Assembly: GCA_965205215.1 (NCBI GenBank)
Contig: OZ242041.1
Coordinates: 960,001-1,024,000 of the forward strand
Source: Nitrosopumilus sp.
Lineage (GTDB): Archaea > Thermoproteota > Nitrososphaeria > Nitrososphaerales > Nitrosopumilaceae
Direction of reading: 5' to 3'
Length of the DNA stretch: 64,000 bases
Below the pieces are notes generated by a model. The model worked only from the letters and a program-made list of their open reading frames with translations, was not told the DNA's origin and searched no databases. Shown piece after piece: positions 31,301 through 43,028 of the stretch. Position 1 is the first letter of the stretch. The number at the start of each line of letters is the position of its first letter. Position numbers and translations under genes: made by a program.

Positions 31301-34300
31301 CGGATCCCTGTCCGATACGGACACCGTAAGCATAACCGTCGGCAACGTCAACCGCGCGCCCACCGCGGACGCCGGGGACGCCCAGACGGTCACGCAGGGC
31401 GCCGCCGTGACCCTTGACGGCTCCGGCTCGTCTGACCCGGACGCGGGCGACACCGTCACGTACTCGTGGAGCCAGACGGCCGGAACGACGGTCACGCTCA
31501 CGGGCGCGGACACCGCCGCACCGTCGTTCACCGCCCCCGCGGGCCCCGCCGCCCTCGTGTTCAACCTTACGGTAACCGACTCGGCATCCCTGGCCGCCCA
31601 CGACTCCGTTACGGTCACCGTACCGGAGATGACAGTCGACGCCGGGTCCAACCGGACCGTAAGCGAGGACTCCTCTGTGACACTGACGGGCGCGGTGCAG
31701 AACGCGGGCGGCTCCCCCGCGTACCGGTGGACACAGGCCTCCCCCTCTACCCCGGCCATACCCATAGCCAACAACGACACGCGCGCTGCCACGTTCACGG
31801 CCCCTCAGGTCACGTCGGACACCCCGTTCACGTTCACGCTCACCGTAACGGACGGCTCCGTCACCAAGAGCGACACCGTTGTAATCACCGTCCGGGACTC
31901 GACGCCCGCAAACAGCGCGCCCATCGCCAACGCGGGGCCCGACCAGACGGTAGACGAGAGGGGGGCCGTGGAACTCGACGGCTCGCGCTCGTCGGACCCC
32001 GACGGTGACCCCATCACGTACACCTGGACCCAGACGGCGGGCACCCCCACGGTATCGCTCTCCAACACCACCGCGCAGCGCCCCACTTTCACGGCCCCCG
32101 AGGTCACGTCGGACGCCGTCCTCACCTTTACGCTTGCCGTATCCGACGGATCCCTGTCCGATACGGACACCGTAAGCATAACCGTCGGCAACGTCAACCG
32201 CGCGCCCACCGCGGACGCCGGGGACGCCCAGACGGTCACGCAGGGCGCCGCCGTGACCCTTGACGGCTCCGGCTCGTCTGACCCGGACGCGGGCGACACC
32301 GTCACGTACTCGTGGAGCCAGACGGCCGGAACGACGGTCACGCTCACGGGCGCGGACACCGCCGCACCGTCGTTCACCGCCCCCGCGGGCCCCGCCGCCC
32401 TCGTGTTCAACCTTACGGTAACCGACTCGGCATCCCTGGCCGCCCACGACTCCGTTACGGTCACCGTACCGGAGATGACAGTCGACGCCGGGTCCAACCG
32501 GACCGTAAGCGAGGACTCCTCTGTGACACTGACGGGCGCGGTGCAGAACGCGGGCGGCTCCCCCGCGTACCGGTGGACACAGGCCTCCCCCTCTACCCCG
32601 GCCATACCCATAGCCAACAACGACACGCGCGCTGCCACGTTCACGGCCCCTCAGGTCACGTCGGACACCCCGTTCACGTTCACGCTCACCGTAACGGACG
32701 GCTCCGTCACCAAGAGCGACACCGTTGTAATCACCGTCCGGGACTCGACGCCCGCAAACAGCGCGCCCATCGCCAACGCGGGGCCCGACCAGACGGTAGA
32801 CGAGAGGGGGGCCGTGGAACTCGACGGCTCGCGCTCGTCGGACCCCGACGGTGACCCCATCACGTACACCTGGACCCAGACGGCGGGCACCCCCACGGTA
32901 TCGCTCTCCAACACCACCGCGCAGCGCCCCACTTTCACGGCCCCCGAGGTCACGTCGGACGCCGTCCTCACCTTTACGCTTGCCGTATCCGACGGATCCC
33001 TGTCCGATACGGACACCGTAAGCATAACCGTCGGCAACGTCAACCGCGCGCCCACCGCGGACGCCGGGGACGCCCAGACGGTCACGCAGGGCGCCGCCGT
33101 GACCCTTGACGGCTCCGGCTCGTCTGACCCGGACGCGGGCGACACCGTCACGTACTCGTGGAGCCAGACGGCCGGAACGACGGTCACGCTCACGGGCGCG
33201 GACACCGCCGCACCGTCGTTCACCGCCCCCGCGGGCCCCGCCGCCCTCGTGTTCAACCTTACGGTAACCGACTCGGCATCCCTGGCCGCCCACGACTCCG
33301 TTACGGTCACCGTACCGGAGATGACAGTCGACGCCGGGTCCAACCGGACCGTAAGCGAGGACTCCTCTGTGACACTGACGGGCGCGGTGCAGAACGCGGG
33401 CGGCTCCCCCGCGTACCGGTGGACACAGGCCTCCCCCTCTACCCCGGCCATACCCATAGCCAACAACGACACGCGCGCTGCCACGTTCACGGCCCCTCAG
33501 GTCACGTCGGACACCCCGTTCACGTTCACGCTCACCGTAACGGACGGCTCCGTCACCAAGAGCGACACCGTTGTAATCACCGTCCGGGACTCGACGCCCG
33601 CAAACAGCGCGCCCATCGCCAACGCGGGGCCCGACCAGACGGTAGACGAGAGGGGGGCCGTGGAACTCGACGGCTCGCGCTCGTCGGACCCCGACGGTGA
33701 CCCCATCACGTACACCTGGACCCAGACGGCGGGCACCCCCACGGTATCGCTCTCCAACACCACCGCGCAGCGCCCCACTTTCACGGCCCCCGAGGTCACG
33801 TCGGACGCCGTCCTCACCTTTACGCTTGCCGTATCCGACGGATCCCTGTCCGATACGGACACCGTAAGCATAACCGTCGGCAACGTCAACCGCGCGCCCA
33901 CCGCGGACGCCGGGGACGCCCAGACGGTCACGCAGGGCGCCGCCGTGACCCTTGACGGCTCCGGCTCGTCTGACCCGGACGCGGGCGACACCGTCACGTA
34001 CTCGTGGAGCCAGACGGCCGGAACGACGGTCACGCTCACGGGCGCGGACACCGCCGCACCGTCGTTCACCGCCCCCGCGGGCCCCGCCGCCCTCGTGTTC
34101 AACCTTACGGTAACCGACTCGGCATCCCTGGCCGCCCACGACTCCGTTACGGTCACCGTACCGGAGATGACAGTCGACGCCGGGTCCAACCGGACCGTAA
34201 GCGAGGACTCCTCTGTGACACTGACGGGCGCGGTGCAGAACGCGGGCGGCTCCCCCGCGTACCGGTGGACACAGGCCTCCCCCTCTACCCCGGCCATACC

Positions 34301-36083
34301 CATAGCCAACAACGACACGCGCGCTGCCACGTTCACGGCCCCTCAGGTCACGTCGGACACCCCGTTCACGTTCACGCTCACCGTAACGGACGGCTCCGTC
34401 ACCAAGAGCGACACCGTTGTAATCACCGTCCGGGACTCGACGCCCGCAAACAGCGCGCCCATCGCCAACGCGGGGCCCGACCAGACGGTAGACGAGAGGG
34501 GGGCCGTGGAACTCGACGGCTCGCGCTCGTCGGACCCCGACGGTGACCCCATCACGTACACCTGGACCCAGACGGCGGGCACCCCCACGGTATCGCTCTC
34601 CAACACCACCGCGCAGCGCCCCACTTTCACGGCCCCCGAGGTCACGTCGGACGCCGTCCTCACCTTTACGCTTGCCGTATCCGACGGATCCCTGTCCGAT
34701 ACGGACACCGTCACAATAACGGTAAGGGACGACAACGTGAACCGCGCGCCCGTGGCGGACGCGGGGCCCGACCAGAAGGTCCGCGAAGGCGAGACCGTAA
34801 CGCTTGACGGCACGGGATCGTCGGATCCGGACGGCGACCCCCTCACGTACTCGTGGGTGCAGACGGCGGGCACCCCCGACGTGGTCCTCTCCGACCCGAA
34901 CTCGACTAGCCCGACCTTTACGGTGCCGCAGGTCGGCTCGTACATAGAGCTCACCTTCACCCTTACCGTATCCGACGGGCTGGCCTCAGATACGGACACC
35001 GTCGTCATATGCATAGTGCCCCCCAACAACCCGCCCACGGCAAACGCGGGGCCCGACCAGACGGTCACGGAGGGCGACAGGGTCCGCATGTACGCCACGC
35101 GCTCGTCGGACCCCGATGACGGCGACTACGTCAGGTATTCCTGGAACCAGACCGCCGGCCCCGTGGTCACGCTCTCAAACCCCAGCTCGTCGTGGCCCAC
35201 CTTCACGGCGCCCGAGGTTGCGTCGGACACCGCCGTCACATTCGAGCTTACCGTAACCGACAGGAGGGGGGCCACGGACACGGACACCGTCACGATAACC
35301 GTACTGGACGTCACCGTAACGGACATAGACCCGATAACCGGACTGGACGTCCCTGTGACGGACACCGACCCGATCCTCTCCATACAAAACGCGCGCGCAA
35401 GCGTAAAGCACGGTGACACCACCACCAACTACGCGTCCGACGCCTACTGCTGGGACCGCGAGGACGGGAACATCTCCAACCTCGTAACCACGTCCGTGGA
35501 GTTCCTCCCCAACGGCATCGCCGTCTTGTCCTACTTATGCACAGACAGTGACGGCAACACCGCCAGGATTGTGCTCAACGTCGCGGTGTCAGGCTCGGCC
35601 TCCCCGGTGCTGTCCTTGATCGGGCAGACGCTCGTGGAGGTCGCGCAGGACACCACGTACACGGACGCGGGAGCCACCTGCATTGACGACGTGGACGGCG
35701 ACATCAGCGGCAGGATCACCGACAACGCCGACACCGCCGTCGACACCTCCCGGACGGGCGCGTACACCGTGTTCTACTCGTGCTATGACAGCCACGGAAA
35801 CGCCGACACCGGCGTGAGGATCGTGATAGTCGAGCCCGCGGGCGCCGACTTGGCCCCCGAGCTCTCGGTGCCCGGCGACGTCACCATTACGGTGGGCGAC
35901 TCGTTCACGCCGCCCGCGGCCACATGCACCGACGCCGAGGACGGCGACATCAGCCACACCATAGGGGTCAACGACTCGGCGGTTGACACCTCCACGCCGG
36001 CCAGGTACACGGTATTCTACACCTGCACCGACTCGGCCGACAACTTTGTGTCCGGGTCGCTGCACGTGAGCGTCAACCCGTAG
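22311..36083 (+). CDS. giant secreted/surface protein: six PKD + DUF285 (BspA-like) modules, PKD/Ig-like repeats, C-terminal DUF5011-like Ig domains
   Basis: Signal peptide (RRRP + hydrophobic stretch + ALA); 25-aa [21 protein letters not shown] repeats; P.A.AG.DQTV...LDGS.SSDPDGD domains; [14 protein letters not shown] repeats. ATG 22320 is an alternative start. Confidence 0.92.
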   Translation: MSEMRRRPARALCLAVAVVAAAAAVALVPEVLAEPALAQTDLTLTPAGNIQDAGDLLLDSPHHVKTLVASGNTYAAVAAQGDKGAQIIRITTAGTSANIPPTVDAGNAQTADGGDTVTLAGTVTDPDTGDSHTYAWSVSPATPAITMTNHTSLTTTFTAPEVSSGTEFIFVLTVNDGTVNATDTVTVTVRGSAADTIPGHAFVTTWTTTAANQQITLPVSGSGIIIDWGDGTPDDTGVNGAIAHTYEDAGTYTVSVTGGLERFNLNNGASRTSLASIEQWGNSSWTDMNGAFYGASNMAYNAADSPDLSRVTGMFNMFRGAAAFDGDISGWEVSSVTDMSHMFRGAAAFDGDISGWDVSAVTSLNSMFRGAAAFDGDISGWDVSSVLRMNKVFSGAASFDQPLNGWDVSRVTDMSSMFSGAASFDQPLDRWDVSSVTRMSSMFSGAASFDQNLGKWYVTPGTADFDASGSSLNVTIITAQNRPLRDHSPAYAIGTGGDSGLFEIVRGSDTLAFKSAPTANRDYAVNVTATGSTVFEGGNNHMTVTVTVSGASAGMAVDAGDAQAADEGDTVTLTGTVQNAGGSATYAWTVSPATPAIAINNADALSATFAAPEVTTDTEFVFALTVTDGTDTATDTVTVTVSHVNKAPTAYAGHDQTVAQGATVQLDGSGSSDPDGDDLDYRWSSVGNVVTLTDRTTATPTFTAPSSASTFVISLTVVDDGNLFDMDNITITVPALPVAKDLVTATVRGSAASTIPGHAFATTWTTTAANQQITLPVSGTGITINWGDGTADSTGVSGPTDHTYKVAGTYTVSVTGGLERFNLDNGANRTSLASIEQWGNSSWTTMNGAFHGASNMAYNAADSPDLSRVTDMTDMFRGATSFNGDISGWATSRVTDMTGMFYGATSFDQPLDSWDVSRVTSMSNMFRGASSFDQPLDSWDTSRVTAMINMFRGASSFDQPLDSWDVSRVTNTHAMFRDATSFNQDISGWDVSRVTAMSDMFRGAAAFDQNLGPWYVTPGTAAFDASGSSLNVTIITAQNRPLRDHSPAYAIGTGGDSHLFQIIQGSDTLAFKGTPARNGDYRVNITATGTNVFEDGNNHRTVTVASFLPSHAFVTTWTTTSAGQQITLPVSGTGITINWGDGTAVTGATSHTYAAAGTYTVSVTGGLERFNLDNGANRTSLASIEQWGNSSWTDMNGAFYGASNMVYNATDSPDLSRVTDMTDMFRGATSFNGDISGWATSRVTDMTGMFYGASSFDQPLDSWDVSRVTSMSSMFRGASSFNQPLDSWDVLSVTTMDSMFSGASSFNQPLNGWNVAAVTRMAGMFNTATSFNQPLDSWDVSSVTTMTGMFNTATSFNQPLNDWDVSSVTDMSTTFDTATSFDQPLDSWDVSRVTNMRTMFYGASSFDQDISGWDVSRVTNMDEMFDGAAAFDQNLGPWYVTPGTADFDASGSSFNVTDITAQNRPLRDHSPAYAIGTGGDSHLFQIIQGSDTLAFKGTPAHSGDYRVNITATGTNVFEDGNNHRTVTVASSPPSHAFVTTWTTTSAGQQITLPVSGTGITINWGDGTAVTGATSHTYAAAGTYTVSVTGGLERFNLDNGANRTSLASIEQWGNSSWTDMNGAFYGASNMAYNAADSPDLSRVTDMTDMFRGATSFNGDISGWATSRVTDMTGMFYGATSFDQPLDSWDTSRVTSMSNMFRGASSFDQPLDSWDTSRVTAMINMFRGASSFDQPLDSWDVSRVTNTHAMFRDATSFNQDISGWDVSRVTAMSDMFRGAAAFDQNLGPWYVTPGTAAFDASGSSLNVTIITAQNRPLRDHSPAYAIGTGGDSHLFQIIQGSDTLAFKGTPARNGDYRVNITATGTNVFEDGNNHRTVTVTVTGVAGAPPSHAFVTTWTTTSAGQQITLPVSGTGITINWGDGTAVTGATSHTYAAAGTYTVSVTGGLERFNLDNGANRTSLASIEQWGNSSWTDMNGAFHGASNMAYNATDSPDLSRVTDMTDMFRGATSFNGDISGWATSRVTDMTGMFYGATSFDQPLDSWDVSRVTSMSNMFRGASSFDQPLDSWDTSRVTAMINMFRGASSFDQPLDSWDVSRVTNTHAMFHGAASFNGDISGWDTSRVTGMSAMFRDATSFNQDISGWDVSRVTAMSDMFRGAAAFDQNLGPWYVTPGTADFDASGSSFNVTDITAQNRPLRDHSPAYAIGTGGDSHLFQIIQGSDTLAFKGTPARNGDYRVNITATGTNVFEDGNNHRTVTVTVTGVAGAPPSHAFVTTWTTTSAGQQITLPVSGTGITINWGDGTPASTGVTGATSHTYAAAGTYTVSVTGGLERFNLDNGANRTSLASIEQWGNSSWTDMNGAFYGASNMAYNAADSPDLSRVTDMTDMFRGATSFNGDISGWGVSSVTNMANMFRGAASFNGDISGWDTSRVTGMSAMFNGATSFDQPLNGWDTSRVTGMSFMFSGATSFDQPLNGWDTSRVTGMSAMFNGATSFDQPLNGWDTSRVTNTGAMFRGATSFNGDISGWDVSRVTFMTSMFSGAASFNQPLNGWDVSRVTNMPDMFRGAASFNQPLNDWDVSRVTVMSSMFSGAAAFNGNISGWDVSSVTGTNMNGMFRGAASFNVDISGWDVSRVTGMSSMFSGASSFDQPLNSWNVSSVTDMSSMFSGASSFDQPLNGWDTSRVTRMSSMFNGASSFDQPLDRWDVSSVTRMSSMFNGATSFDQNLGPWYVTPGTADFDASGSSFNVTDITAQNRPLRDHSPAYGIGTGGDSHLFRIIQGSDTLAYRCTPTGDGPHRVNVTATGRNVFEDGNNWRMVNVTFSGASDALAVDAGTARAVDEGASVTLAGMVQNESCFATYKWNQTSPSTPAIPITDSDTLAASFTAPQVTSDTPFTFTLTVTDGSVTKSDTVVITVRDSTPANSAPIANAGPDQTVDERGAVELDGSRSSDPDGDPITYTWTQTAGTPTVSLSNTTAQRPTFTAPEVTSDAVLTFTLAVSDGSLSDTDTVSITVGNVNRAPTADAGDAQTVTQGAAVTLDGSGSSDPDAGDTVTYSWSQTAGTTVTLTGADTAAPSFTAPAGPAALVFNLTVTDSASLAAHDSVTVTVPEMTVDAGSNRTVSEDSSVTLTGAVQNAGGSPAYRWTQASPSTPAIPIANNDTRAATFTAPQVTSDTPFTFTLTVTDGSVTKSDTVVITVRDSTPANSAPIANAGPDQTVDERGAVELDGSRSSDPDGDPITYTWTQTAGTPTVSLSNTTAQRPTFTAPEVTSDAVLTFTLAVSDGSLSDTDTVSITVGNVNRAPTADAGDAQTVTQGAAVTLDGSGSSDPDAGDTVTYSWSQTAGTTVTLTGADTAAPSFTAPAGPAALVFNLTVTDSASLAAHDSVTVTVPEMTVDAGSNRTVSEDSSVTLTGAVQNAGGSPAYRWTQASPSTPAIPIANNDTRAATFTAPQVTSDTPFTFTLTVTDGSVTKSDTVVITVRDSTPANSAPIANAGPDQTVDERGAVELDGSRSSDPDGDPITYTWTQTAGTPTVSLSNTTAQRPTFTAPEVTSDAVLTFTLAVSDGSLSDTDTVSITVGNVNRAPTADAGDAQTVTQGAAVTLDGSGSSDPDAGDTVTYSWSQTAGTTVTLTGADTAAPSFTAPAGPAALVFNLTVTDSASLAAHDSVTVTVPEMTVDAGSNRTVSEDSSVTLTGAVQNAGGSPAYRWTQASPSTPAIPIANNDTRAATFTAPQVTSDTPFTFTLTVTDGSVTKSDTVVITVRDSTPANSAPIANAGPDQTVDERGAVELDGSRSSDPDGDPITYTWTQTAGTPTVSLSNTTAQRPTFTAPEVTSDAVLTFTLAVSDGSLSDTDTVSITVGNVNRAPTADAGDAQTVTQGAAVTLDGSGSSDPDAGDTVTYSWSQTAGTTVTLTGADTAAPSFTAPAGPAALVFNLTVTDSASLAAHDSVTVTVPEMTVDAGSNRTVSEDSSVTLTGAVQNAGGSPAYRWTQASPSTPAIPIANNDTRAATFTAPQVTSDTPFTFTLTVTDGSVTKSDTVVITVRDSTPANSAPIANAGPDQTVDERGAVELDGSRSSDPDGDPITYTWTQTAGTPTVSLSNTTAQRPTFTAPEVTSDAVLTFTLAVSDGSLSDTDTVTITVRDDNVNRAPVADAGPDQKVREGETVTLDGTGSSDPDGDPLTYSWVQTAGTPDVVLSDPNSTSPTFTVPQVGSYIELTFTLTVSDGLASDTDTVVICIVPPNNPPTANAGPDQTVTEGDRVRMYATRSSDPDDGDYVRYSWNQTAGPVVTLSNPSSSWPTFTAPEVASDTAVTFELTVTDRRGATDTDTVTITVLDVTVTDIDPITGLDVPVTDTDPILSIQNARASVKHGDTTTNYASDAYCWDREDGNISNLVTTSVEFLPNGIAVLSYLCTDSDGNTARIVLNVAVSGSASPVLSLIGQTLVEVAQDTTYTDAGATCIDDVDGDISGRITDNADTAVDTSRTGAYTVFYSCYDSHGNADTGVRIVIVEPAGADLAPELSVPGDVTITVGDSFTPPAATCTDAEDGDISHTIGVNDSAVDTSTPARYTVFYTCTDSADNFVSGSLHVSVNP
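30948..34711 (+). repeat. 846-bp intragenic tandem repeat, about 4.4 apparently identical copies
   Basis: Identical shadow ORFs recur at an 846-nt period (30959, 31805, 32651, 33497). Confidence 0.95.
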
Positions 36084-36448
36084 GTCCGGCTGCCGCCGCT
36101 GCTGCTGATACGGCGCCAGAATCCGGCCTTTTGCAGGCCCGCCATCCCCGGACGCGGACTCTCCGCGCGGAACTGCGGGGGGCTTGCGCACCTGACAGCC
36201 GGATGATTGGAATTGTAACGTTTCGGCCGACAGGCGGCCCGGACCTGTTGCGCGCCCGCCCCTGAAGGATTTGGGTGAAGACGGGGCGGGCGCTGTCAGA
36301 GGCTCCTGTGCCCCGTGCCTGTGCTGGTGCCCCCCGTGCCTGTGCTGGTGCCCCCCGATGATCCCGCCGGGCAGTCCGGTATGGCGCGGCCTTGATGCGC
36401 GGGCTACTGCGCGGCTTGGCCCGCCGCAACCAGTCGCACGCGCGGGTC

Positions 36449-36638
36449 CTGATTGCCCCTTGCAGCGTTGCGGGTCAGGGCGGTTCGGCCGGCGGATCTG
36501 TTCCGTACCGGGCCCTGACCATACCCGGAAAGAATCATAGAGCTTGTTGATTCTTTCCGGGTACAGCCTGCATGTCGTACTGACTGGCTGCACTACATTT
36601 GCAGGCCCGCCGCATCTGTCTCGCATGCATCCTTGTCG
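36449..36638. repeat. ~190-bp dispersed structured repeat, copy 2
   Basis: Direct repeat of 3651-3842; palindrome at 36522-36563. Confidence 0.9.
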
Positions 36639-36908
36639 CCGGCCGGGCCCACAGGCGTGGCCGGGGCCCGCATCGCGGGCACTAGCGGGACTGATGGGGG
36701 GGGGGGAGGAGGAGAGGAACAGGGTGTCGGCAGGGGGCGGGCGGGCGTGCAACATGGGACATACTCGGTTGTTCTACCTGTCCTTTACGATCCTGCACAA
36801 TACTCAAACCCGTGCGACTATTCTCTGAAGATGAGAATGTCGGGCACCCTTCAAAGTTATTATGATGAAGTGTTTATACCGGGATAATCCAAGGAGATCC
36901 TGACATAC

Positions 36909-37649
36909 ATGACGCACCATCTCTATGTTGATGAAAGTGGCGATGAAGGTGACTATCTCGACAGCAATGAAAAGCCCATAATCGGAAGCTCTAGATATTT
37001 TATATTGGCGGGAATAATCGTAGACGCGGACACAGTACCGCGCTTCGAAGAAGAATACAATTGCATGCTCTATAACCGCTTTCGCGGGAAACCACTGCCT
37101 GGAAATTTCAAGCTGCACTACTATCCGTTGCGAAACAACAAGCCCCCGTACGACAGACTATCTGCCGAAGACAGGCAGGGCTTGGAGAATGACGTCTTTG
37201 ACGTTATAAACCGGTTGGATTGCACACTGCTTTCCGTAATCATAGACTTGGATACTCATTGTAGGAAGTATACAGAACCTATAAGTCCAAGAGCGTACAC
37301 GTTGTTACTACTGCGAGAGAGGTTTCAGTATTTTCTTGAGGAACATGATTCACATGGAGTCGTGATATACGAAAGATTCAACGCAAAGATGAAAAGGAGG
37401 ACTGAGCAAATGATCCGACGATTGCGAACCTACAACTTTCCAATTCCAACATCTTTACCCAGAATTGATCCACGTATACAAAACGGAGATCCTACACAAC
37501 AACCAATTCTAAACCTTGCCGACTTCTTTGCGTACCTTCCATACACTTACAAGACAAGCGGTCGATACTCTCCATATTATGAGTTGATTATGCACAAATA
37601 CTTCAATCTAAAAGGTGATAGATTTCATACTGGCAAAGTAGAATTATAA
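36909..37649 (+). CDS. DUF3800 family protein
   Basis: LYVDESG, FILAGII, LHY and LNLADFFAY motifs; TTTATA box upstream. Confidence 0.85.
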   Translation: MTHHLYVDESGDEGDYLDSNEKPIIGSSRYFILAGIIVDADTVPRFEEEYNCMLYNRFRGKPLPGNFKLHYYPLRNNKPPYDRLSAEDRQGLENDVFDVINRLDCTLLSVIIDLDTHCRKYTEPISPRAYTLLLLRERFQYFLEEHDSHGVVIYERFNAKMKRRTEQMIRRLRTYNFPIPTSLPRIDPRIQNGDPTQQPILNLADFFAYLPYTYKTSGRYSPYYELIMHKYFNLKGDRFHTGKVEL

Positions 37650-37773
37650 TGCGATTCCTGGGTTCACCAGAGGCTTCCCGTAGCATGCATTGCAATGCGG
37701 AACCGCGTGAGTATTACGTCCCTATGTTATAAAAGTCTTATTTCAACGGGTTCTAGTTCCAATTCGGTTGCTA

Positions 37774-38878
37774 GAGTAGCGCTCATTGAAAATTTCGCCT
37801 CATGATGGACAATCGCAGAAAAGCTTATTGATCGACGGATCGCCGGACAGTCCATGAGCGAAAGCAGCAAGAAGATCCGGGAGCTGACGGAGGCCATGCG
37901 TGCAGAAAGGGATGTCAGGATCCGCAACAGGATGATGGCGGTTCTGGGCGTACTCAAGGGCCACTCCACAAAAACCGCCTCTGATTTTGCAGACGTGGAC
38001 CGGCGCACAGTGCAGCTGTGGGTTGCCAGGTTCGACGAAGGCGGCATCGGTGGCCTCCGGGACGCTCCCGGGAGGGGCAGGGCGTCCCGCGCAAGGTACG
38101 GGCGGATCAGGAGACTTGCAGACAGGCTTGCCGGCAGGAACATGCTCACCCCGAGAAAGCTTCGAAACTGGATACGGGGAAAGCTGCACATCCGGTACAG
38201 CATGTGCAGCGTGCGCAGGATCCTGCGCTTCCTCGGGTTCTCATCCAAGAGGTCGGCCACCCTGTACGCCTCGGCTGCCGACGCAGACGCGGTAAGGCAG
38301 TGGCAGGCCGACGCCGCAGGCACGATATCCGGGGCAAAAAGGCGCGGACTGACGATCGTGGTGCAGGACGAGTCCATATTTCTCAGGACGGGGACGAACG
38401 GAAGGAAGCTGTGGTCGCGCGTCGGTGATCCCGTGACCGTCAGCCGGCACGGCAGGAGGGACAGGACCGTCGTGTTCGGCGCGCTTGCAGAGGACGGAAC
38501 CAGGCTGATGCGGCAGTATGAAAGGTTCGACGGCCCGACGTTCGTACGGTATCTCAAGAAGGTGCGCCGCAAGTGGGGCAGGGTTCTCCTCGTAACGGAC
38601 AACGCAAGCCAGCACAAGCACAGGGATGTGCGGAAATACCTGAAGAGCCACGACGGGGTGGAGATCCTGTACCTTCCCACCGCCACGCCGAAGCTCAGCG
38701 CAGTCGAGTCCGTATGGAGGGATGCAAAATACAGGCTTGTCACTTCAGAGCACTACGAGACACGAGAAGATCTGACGCATGCGGTGTCAGAATACTTCAG
38801 GACGTGCCCAATCAGGCTTGACATATACAAATTCTTGTACCGTTGTGTGTGAGGCGAAATTTTCAATGATCGCCACTC
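37774..38878 (+). mobile_element. complete IS630-family insertion sequence
   Basis: ~29-bp TIRs GAGTAGCGCTCATTGAAAATTTCGCCTCA / TGAGGCGAAATTTTCAATGATCGCCACTC flanked by TA (CTAG context at both ends). Confidence 0.92.
37854..38852 (+). CDS. IS630 transposase
   Basis: N-terminal HTH, QDES, DNASQH, YLPTATPKLSAVE..W. Confidence 0.93.
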   Translation: MSESSKKIRELTEAMRAERDVRIRNRMMAVLGVLKGHSTKTASDFADVDRRTVQLWVARFDEGGIGGLRDAPGRGRASRARYGRIRRLADRLAGRNMLTPRKLRNWIRGKLHIRYSMCSVRRILRFLGFSSKRSATLYASAADADAVRQWQADAAGTISGAKRRGLTIVVQDESIFLRTGTNGRKLWSRVGDPVTVSRHGRRDRTVVFGALAEDGTRLMRQYERFDGPTFVRYLKKVRRKWGRVLLVTDNASQHKHRDVRKYLKSHDGVEILYLPTATPKLSAVESVWRDAKYRLVTSEHYETREDLTHAVSEYFRTCPIRLDIYKFLYRCV

Positions 38879-39158
38879 TAGGATCAGTTGAATGGCAGAT
38901 GTCATCCTCCGGCATGCTGCCATGGAGACATGTTACATCCACGCGAGTGCCGTCGCGCTCGGGAGGTCGACGGATCACGCAACCCGCTGGCCGGTTGGAC
39001 TCGCACGGTGACGGGACGGCTCCAGATGCAGAATACATACATCATACTTGGTGCGAGATTATGGTCTGGGTGCGGTTGCAGTCATTTTGCCAAAAGACGG
39101 GCATCATGCTGGCCGACATATCACGCGCCCCACAAGCCACAATGTGGACCGGACGGCC

Positions 39159-39947
39159 TCACCGCATTCCGAGATACAGCCGTCCAAGCTCCTGGTGCGC
39201 CAGCAGCTCTTCTGGGGTTCCGTCAAAGACGTTCTTGCCGTTTGCCAAAAGGTACACAGAGTCTCCCAGCCTCAGCGCGCGCCTGACGTTCTGCTCCACC
39301 AGAATCACGGAGATGCCAAACTCGTCCCTCATCTGCCTTATCTTTGAGAGAACCTCCAAGGCGAGCTTGGGCGACAGGCTGGCAGTCGGCTCATCAAACA
39401 GCATGACGGTGGGCCTCCTGATGAGCGCCATGCCCATCGCGAGCATCTGCCGCTCCCCACCGCTGAGCGTTTGCGCCTTTGAGTTCTCGTACGTCCTCAG
39501 TATGGGGAACGTCTCTAGTATCTCAGGCACCCTCTCTGTGAACTCTCTTGCATCCAGCGTGTACGCGGCCATGACAAGGTTCTCCCTGATCGTGAGGTTG
39601 GCAAAGACGTTGTTGACCTGCGGCAGGTACGCTATCTTCTCCCTTGCTATCTCGTGTGGTGTGAGTTCGGTGATCGGCCTGTCATGGAACCTTATTTGTC
39701 CCTCATATATGGCGCACAGCCCGAATATGCTCTTTAGCAGCGTGCTCTTGCCGCTCCCGTTGGGCCCGACTACAACGGTGATCTCTTGCTCCATTGCCTC
39801 AAAATGCACGTCAAAAAGTATGTGGCTGCTTGCATAGCCGGAGCTCAGCGTACTGACCCGGATGATGGGGCTGTTGCCGCCATCCTCCCTGCCGCAGTCT
39901 CCCCCTCTGCTAGTGTTGGTGCCGGTGCCGTCGGCAGTCTCGTGCAT
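39159..39947 (-). CDS. livF: branched-chain amino acid ABC transporter ATPase
   Basis: GPNGSGKST, LSGGERQMLAMG, DEPT, VEQN; ATG at 39947. Confidence 0.9.
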   Translation of the reverse strand: MHETADGTGTNTSRGGDCGREDGGNSPIIRVSTLSSGYASSHILFDVHFEAMEQEITVVVGPNGSGKSTLLKSIFGLCAIYEGQIRFHDRPITELTPHEIAREKIAYLPQVNNVFANLTIRENLVMAAYTLDAREFTERVPEILETFPILRTYENSKAQTLSGGERQMLAMGMALIRRPTVMLFDEPTASLSPKLALEVLSKIRQMRDEFGISVILVEQNVRRALRLGDSVYLLANGKNVFDGTPEELLAHQELGRLYLGMR

Positions 39948-39948
39948 C

Positions 39949-40707
39949 CTACTCACCCAAGTACGACTCCACGACCCTTGGATCCTTGGTGACCTCATCC
40001 GGATCGTCCTCCGCGATGATCTTGCCCTTGTTGAGTACAAAGACGCGCTCTGCATACTGCAACGAGATGTCCAGCCTGTGCTCGATTATCAGAAACGTGA
40101 TCTTTTGCTCCCTGCAGATCCTCTTGATCCTCTCAAAGATCTCGTGCGCCAAGGTGGGGTTCACCCCGGCAATGGGCTCGTCCATCAGGATCATCTTGGT
40201 GTCGGCCATCATGGCTCTGCCGAGCTCTAGCAGCTTCTGCTGCCCACCGCTGAGGTTCCTGCTCCAGACGACCCCCTGTCCGGTCAGGCTTACCATCTCC
40301 ATGATCTCCGAGGCCTTGTCCGCCACCCTCTCCTCGTCATGCCTCCATCTTGACCTTGTCGGGGCCGCAAGGAATTCCTCGCCGCGGTTTTTGTCGCTTG
40401 ACACCAGAAAGTTCTCCTCCGTCGTAAGATTCCTAAACGGCTGCGGTATCTGCCACGTCCTGACCAGCCCTGTCTTGAATGTATCAAACAACCCCTTCTG
40501 CGTGATGTCGGTCCCGTCAAACGTGACGCTGCCTGCGTCTGGTTCCAGAAGCCCGGAGATCACGTTTATCAGCGTGGTCTTGCCGCTCCCGTTGGGCCCA
40601 ATCATCTGGTATATCTTGCCCGCTTCTATCCCCATGTCGATCTTATCAAGGACAACCATGCCGCCGAACTGCTTTCTGATGCCGGAGAGCGACAGTATCG
40701 TTGCCAT
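39949..40707 (-). CDS. livG: branched-chain amino acid ABC transporter ATPase
   Basis: GPNGSGKTT, LSGGQQKLLE, DEPIAGVNP, DPRVVESYLG. Confidence 0.92.
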   Translation of the reverse strand: MATILSLSGIRKQFGGMVVLDKIDMGIEAGKIYQMIGPNGSGKTTLINVISGLLEPDAGSVTFDGTDITQKGLFDTFKTGLVRTWQIPQPFRNLTTEENFLVSSDKNRGEEFLAAPTRSRWRHDEERVADKASEIMEMVSLTGQGVVWSRNLSGGQQKLLELGRAMMADTKMILMDEPIAGVNPTLAHEIFERIKRICREQKITFLIIEHRLDISLQYAERVFVLNKGKIIAEDDPDEVTKDPRVVESYLGE

Positions 40708-41026
40708 TACATTTGGAAAACCGCTGCATGATTAAGGCTTTCTGCAATATCCAAGACGTCTCAGAGGCCGCCCGGCCGGTGGATTGACCCCTGCAGATGG
40801 ATGTGAGAGGGGAGCGAGAGGGGGAGGCGGTAGCGGCGGGGCTTCCGGGGTATGTGTATCTGAATGGAGGTTTGTACCAGGGCCTGCGATATGTAGATTA
40901 ACTTTGAGTTTCCCCTCACTGGAGATGAGATCCGGTAATTTGCAGCAGGCAAGCCAGCGGGACACACATCCCCGAACCGCCGCCGCCGGGGAAGAGGCAG
41001 AGTCGCTCGCGTAACGGAGACATGAA

Positions 41027-41965
41027 TTGGCTCTCGATCCCATATTCTCTGATGCAGTCATATTTGCAAGCCTTCTGTCGCTCTTGAGCATAGGCCTGAC
41101 GCTCACGTACCTCACCACGCGCGTCCCGAACTTTGCGCACGCCTCCTTTGCCACGATCGGCGTCTACATGGCGCTGGTCGCGACCCACATCTGGGGGGTC
41201 ACCCCGTACGTCTCGATCCCGGTCGCGTTTGTGGTGTCCGGGCTGGTCGCCGTCTCCCTGTACGTCTTCATACTAAAGCCCCTGATACGGAAGGGAGCCT
41301 CGCAGGCGATCCTGATGATCGCCACGCTTGCCTTTGACCTGATACTGATTGCGGGACTGAACATCTTCGCGGACTTTGTGGTACAGACGTTCAGGATCGC
41401 ATCAAGGGAGTTTACGCTGCGCAGCTACGACGCCGAGCTGATGGGCCTCCCGCTGATAGTCTTCGCGGCGCCCGCCACCATCGCCGTCCTGTCGCTGACT
41501 CTGTACATAGTGCTAAAGAAGACAAAGTTTGGCATTGCGATGCGGGCCGCCACCGAGAACCAGGATCTCTCGGAGACCGTGGGGATCAACGTAAATCTCA
41601 TCTACGTCGTCTCCTGGATGCTGGGAGGTGGACTTGCAGGGGTGGCGGGCGCGCTCATGGCCCTGTGGTTCCAAGGGGATCCGAACCTGGGCCCGTTGAT
41701 GATCCCAAGCGTCTTTGCCGCTAGCATCGCGGGGGGCTTTCTGAGCATTTACGGCGCGATTGCAGGGGGCCTGCTGCTTGGGTTTACGGAGGTTCTGGGA
41801 ACCAGGTTTCTTGCCGGCGAGTTTGGAGCCTGGCTCATCGCGTACCGTCCGCTCATCCCGCTTGTGTTCATCGTGGTGACCCTGATGCTGGCGCCCCGGG
41901 GGATGGCGGGAATTAACTGGTCGAAGCTGAGAAGGAGAGTGAGGAGACATGGTTCTGGAGACTGA
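41027..41965 (+). CDS. livH: branched-chain amino acid ABC transporter permease
   Basis: GLTL...NFAH, TKFGIAMRA, multiple transmembrane segments. Confidence 0.9.
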   Translation: MALDPIFSDAVIFASLLSLLSIGLTLTYLTTRVPNFAHASFATIGVYMALVATHIWGVTPYVSIPVAFVVSGLVAVSLYVFILKPLIRKGASQAILMIATLAFDLILIAGLNIFADFVVQTFRIASREFTLRSYDAELMGLPLIVFAAPATIAVLSLTLYIVLKKTKFGIAMRAATENQDLSETVGINVNLIYVVSWMLGGGLAGVAGALMALWFQGDPNLGPLMIPSVFAASIAGGFLSIYGAIAGGLLLGFTEVLGTRFLAGEFGAWLIAYRPLIPLVFIVVTLMLAPRGMAGINWSKLRRRVRRHGSGD

Positions 41966-43028
41966 AGCCATATTCATCATAGACCTGCTTGCAATATTCG
42001 CGGTCTACGTGATCGTCAATCTGAGCCTGAACATGGAGTTCGGGTATACGGGGATCCCGAACTTCGGCAAGGTGCTAGCAGTTGGGGCGGGGGCGTTCGT
42101 CGCCGCGTCGATCCCGGGCAGGATATTTGCAGCCATGGCGGGCATCGAGGGGGATTATGTACTTGACAACCTCGCCATCGTTTCCCAAGTCAACGCGTGG
42201 CTGGTGGACAACACTGGAATCGGGTTTGCCATCTTCTTCCTGACGCTGGGAATAGCCGCCGCCGTGGGAGGGGGACTGGGAATCCTCACGTCATATCCTG
42301 CGATACGCATGCGCGGCGACTACCTCGCCATCACGCTGCTGGCATTTGGCGAGAGCATCCGAATAATCGGAAACAACTTCACCCCTCTTGCGGGCGGGAC
42401 GCTGGGAGTCCAGCTGCCGGACCCGCTGTCCTTCCTACCCGACGAGATCCGCTTCTCGGTGGCCACGCTGGGGCTGGTTCTCATTGCGGCTGCCGTCTTT
42501 GTCTTCAGCGAGAAGATGATCCGCTCGCCGCTTGGAAGGGTGCTTCGGGCCGTCCGCGACAACGAGGTCGCCGCGGAGTCCCTGGGGAAGGACACGGCGC
42601 GGATCAGGATGAAGGTGATCATGATATCGGCCGCGCTCGCCGCGGTGGGCGGCGCGCTGTACGCGTTCTACGTGGGCGGGGCCATTGCGTTTGCATACGA
42701 CAGGGCGAGCTGGACGTTCTGGCCGTTCCTCATGATTCTGATAGGCGGGCTTGCAAACAACAAAGGGGTCCTGTTCGGCACACTGATCTTCGTCACCGTG
42801 CGAAAGCTCATCATCTTCTTCAAAGACTCCTTTGAGGGACTGGTCCCCTTTGACATCATCTGGCTTGACTTTCTGCTACTGGGTGTGATACTGCTGGCGA
42901 TACTGTTGTACCGCCCGCAAGGGCTGTTCGTGGAAAAGCCTACCGCGACGATCGGGAGGGGTGCGGGACGCGTCAGAAAGGGGCGGGGCGGGGCGGGAAG
43001 AAGGCTGTTCGACTTTCTTTTCAGATAG
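41949..43028 (+). CDS. livM: branched-chain amino acid ABC transporter permease
   Basis: SLN..FGYTG..NFG, RGDYLAITLLAFGE, GRVLRAVRDNE..A.SLG. Confidence 0.92.
   Translation: MVLETEAIFIIDLLAIFAVYVIVNLSLNMEFGYTGIPNFGKVLAVGAGAFVAASIPGRIFAAMAGIEGDYVLDNLAIVSQVNAWLVDNTGIGFAIFFLTLGIAAAVGGGLGILTSYPAIRMRGDYLAITLLAFGESIRIIGNNFTPLAGGTLGVQLPDPLSFLPDEIRFSVATLGLVLIAAAVFVFSEKMIRSPLGRVLRAVRDNEVAAESLGKDTARIRMKVIMISAALAAVGGALYAFYVGGAIAFAYDRASWTFWPFLMILIGGLANNKGVLFGTLIFVTVRKLIIFFKDSFEGLVPFDIIWLDFLLLGVILLAILLYRPQGLFVEKPTATIGRGAGRVRKGRGGAGRRLFDFLFR

Noticed and set aside
30438-34139. 1233-aa minus-strand ORF and the many other overlapping ORFs
   Set aside because: These are shadow frames of GC-rich, repetitive genes with Arg/Gly-biased composition and no motifs.
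22311-36083. Diversity-generating retroelement acting on the repeats
   Set aside because: There is no reverse transcriptase in the window, and differences between repeats are not adenine-specific.
36311-36356. 21-bp tandem duplication
   Set aside because: Two copies only, consistent with the general slippage background.
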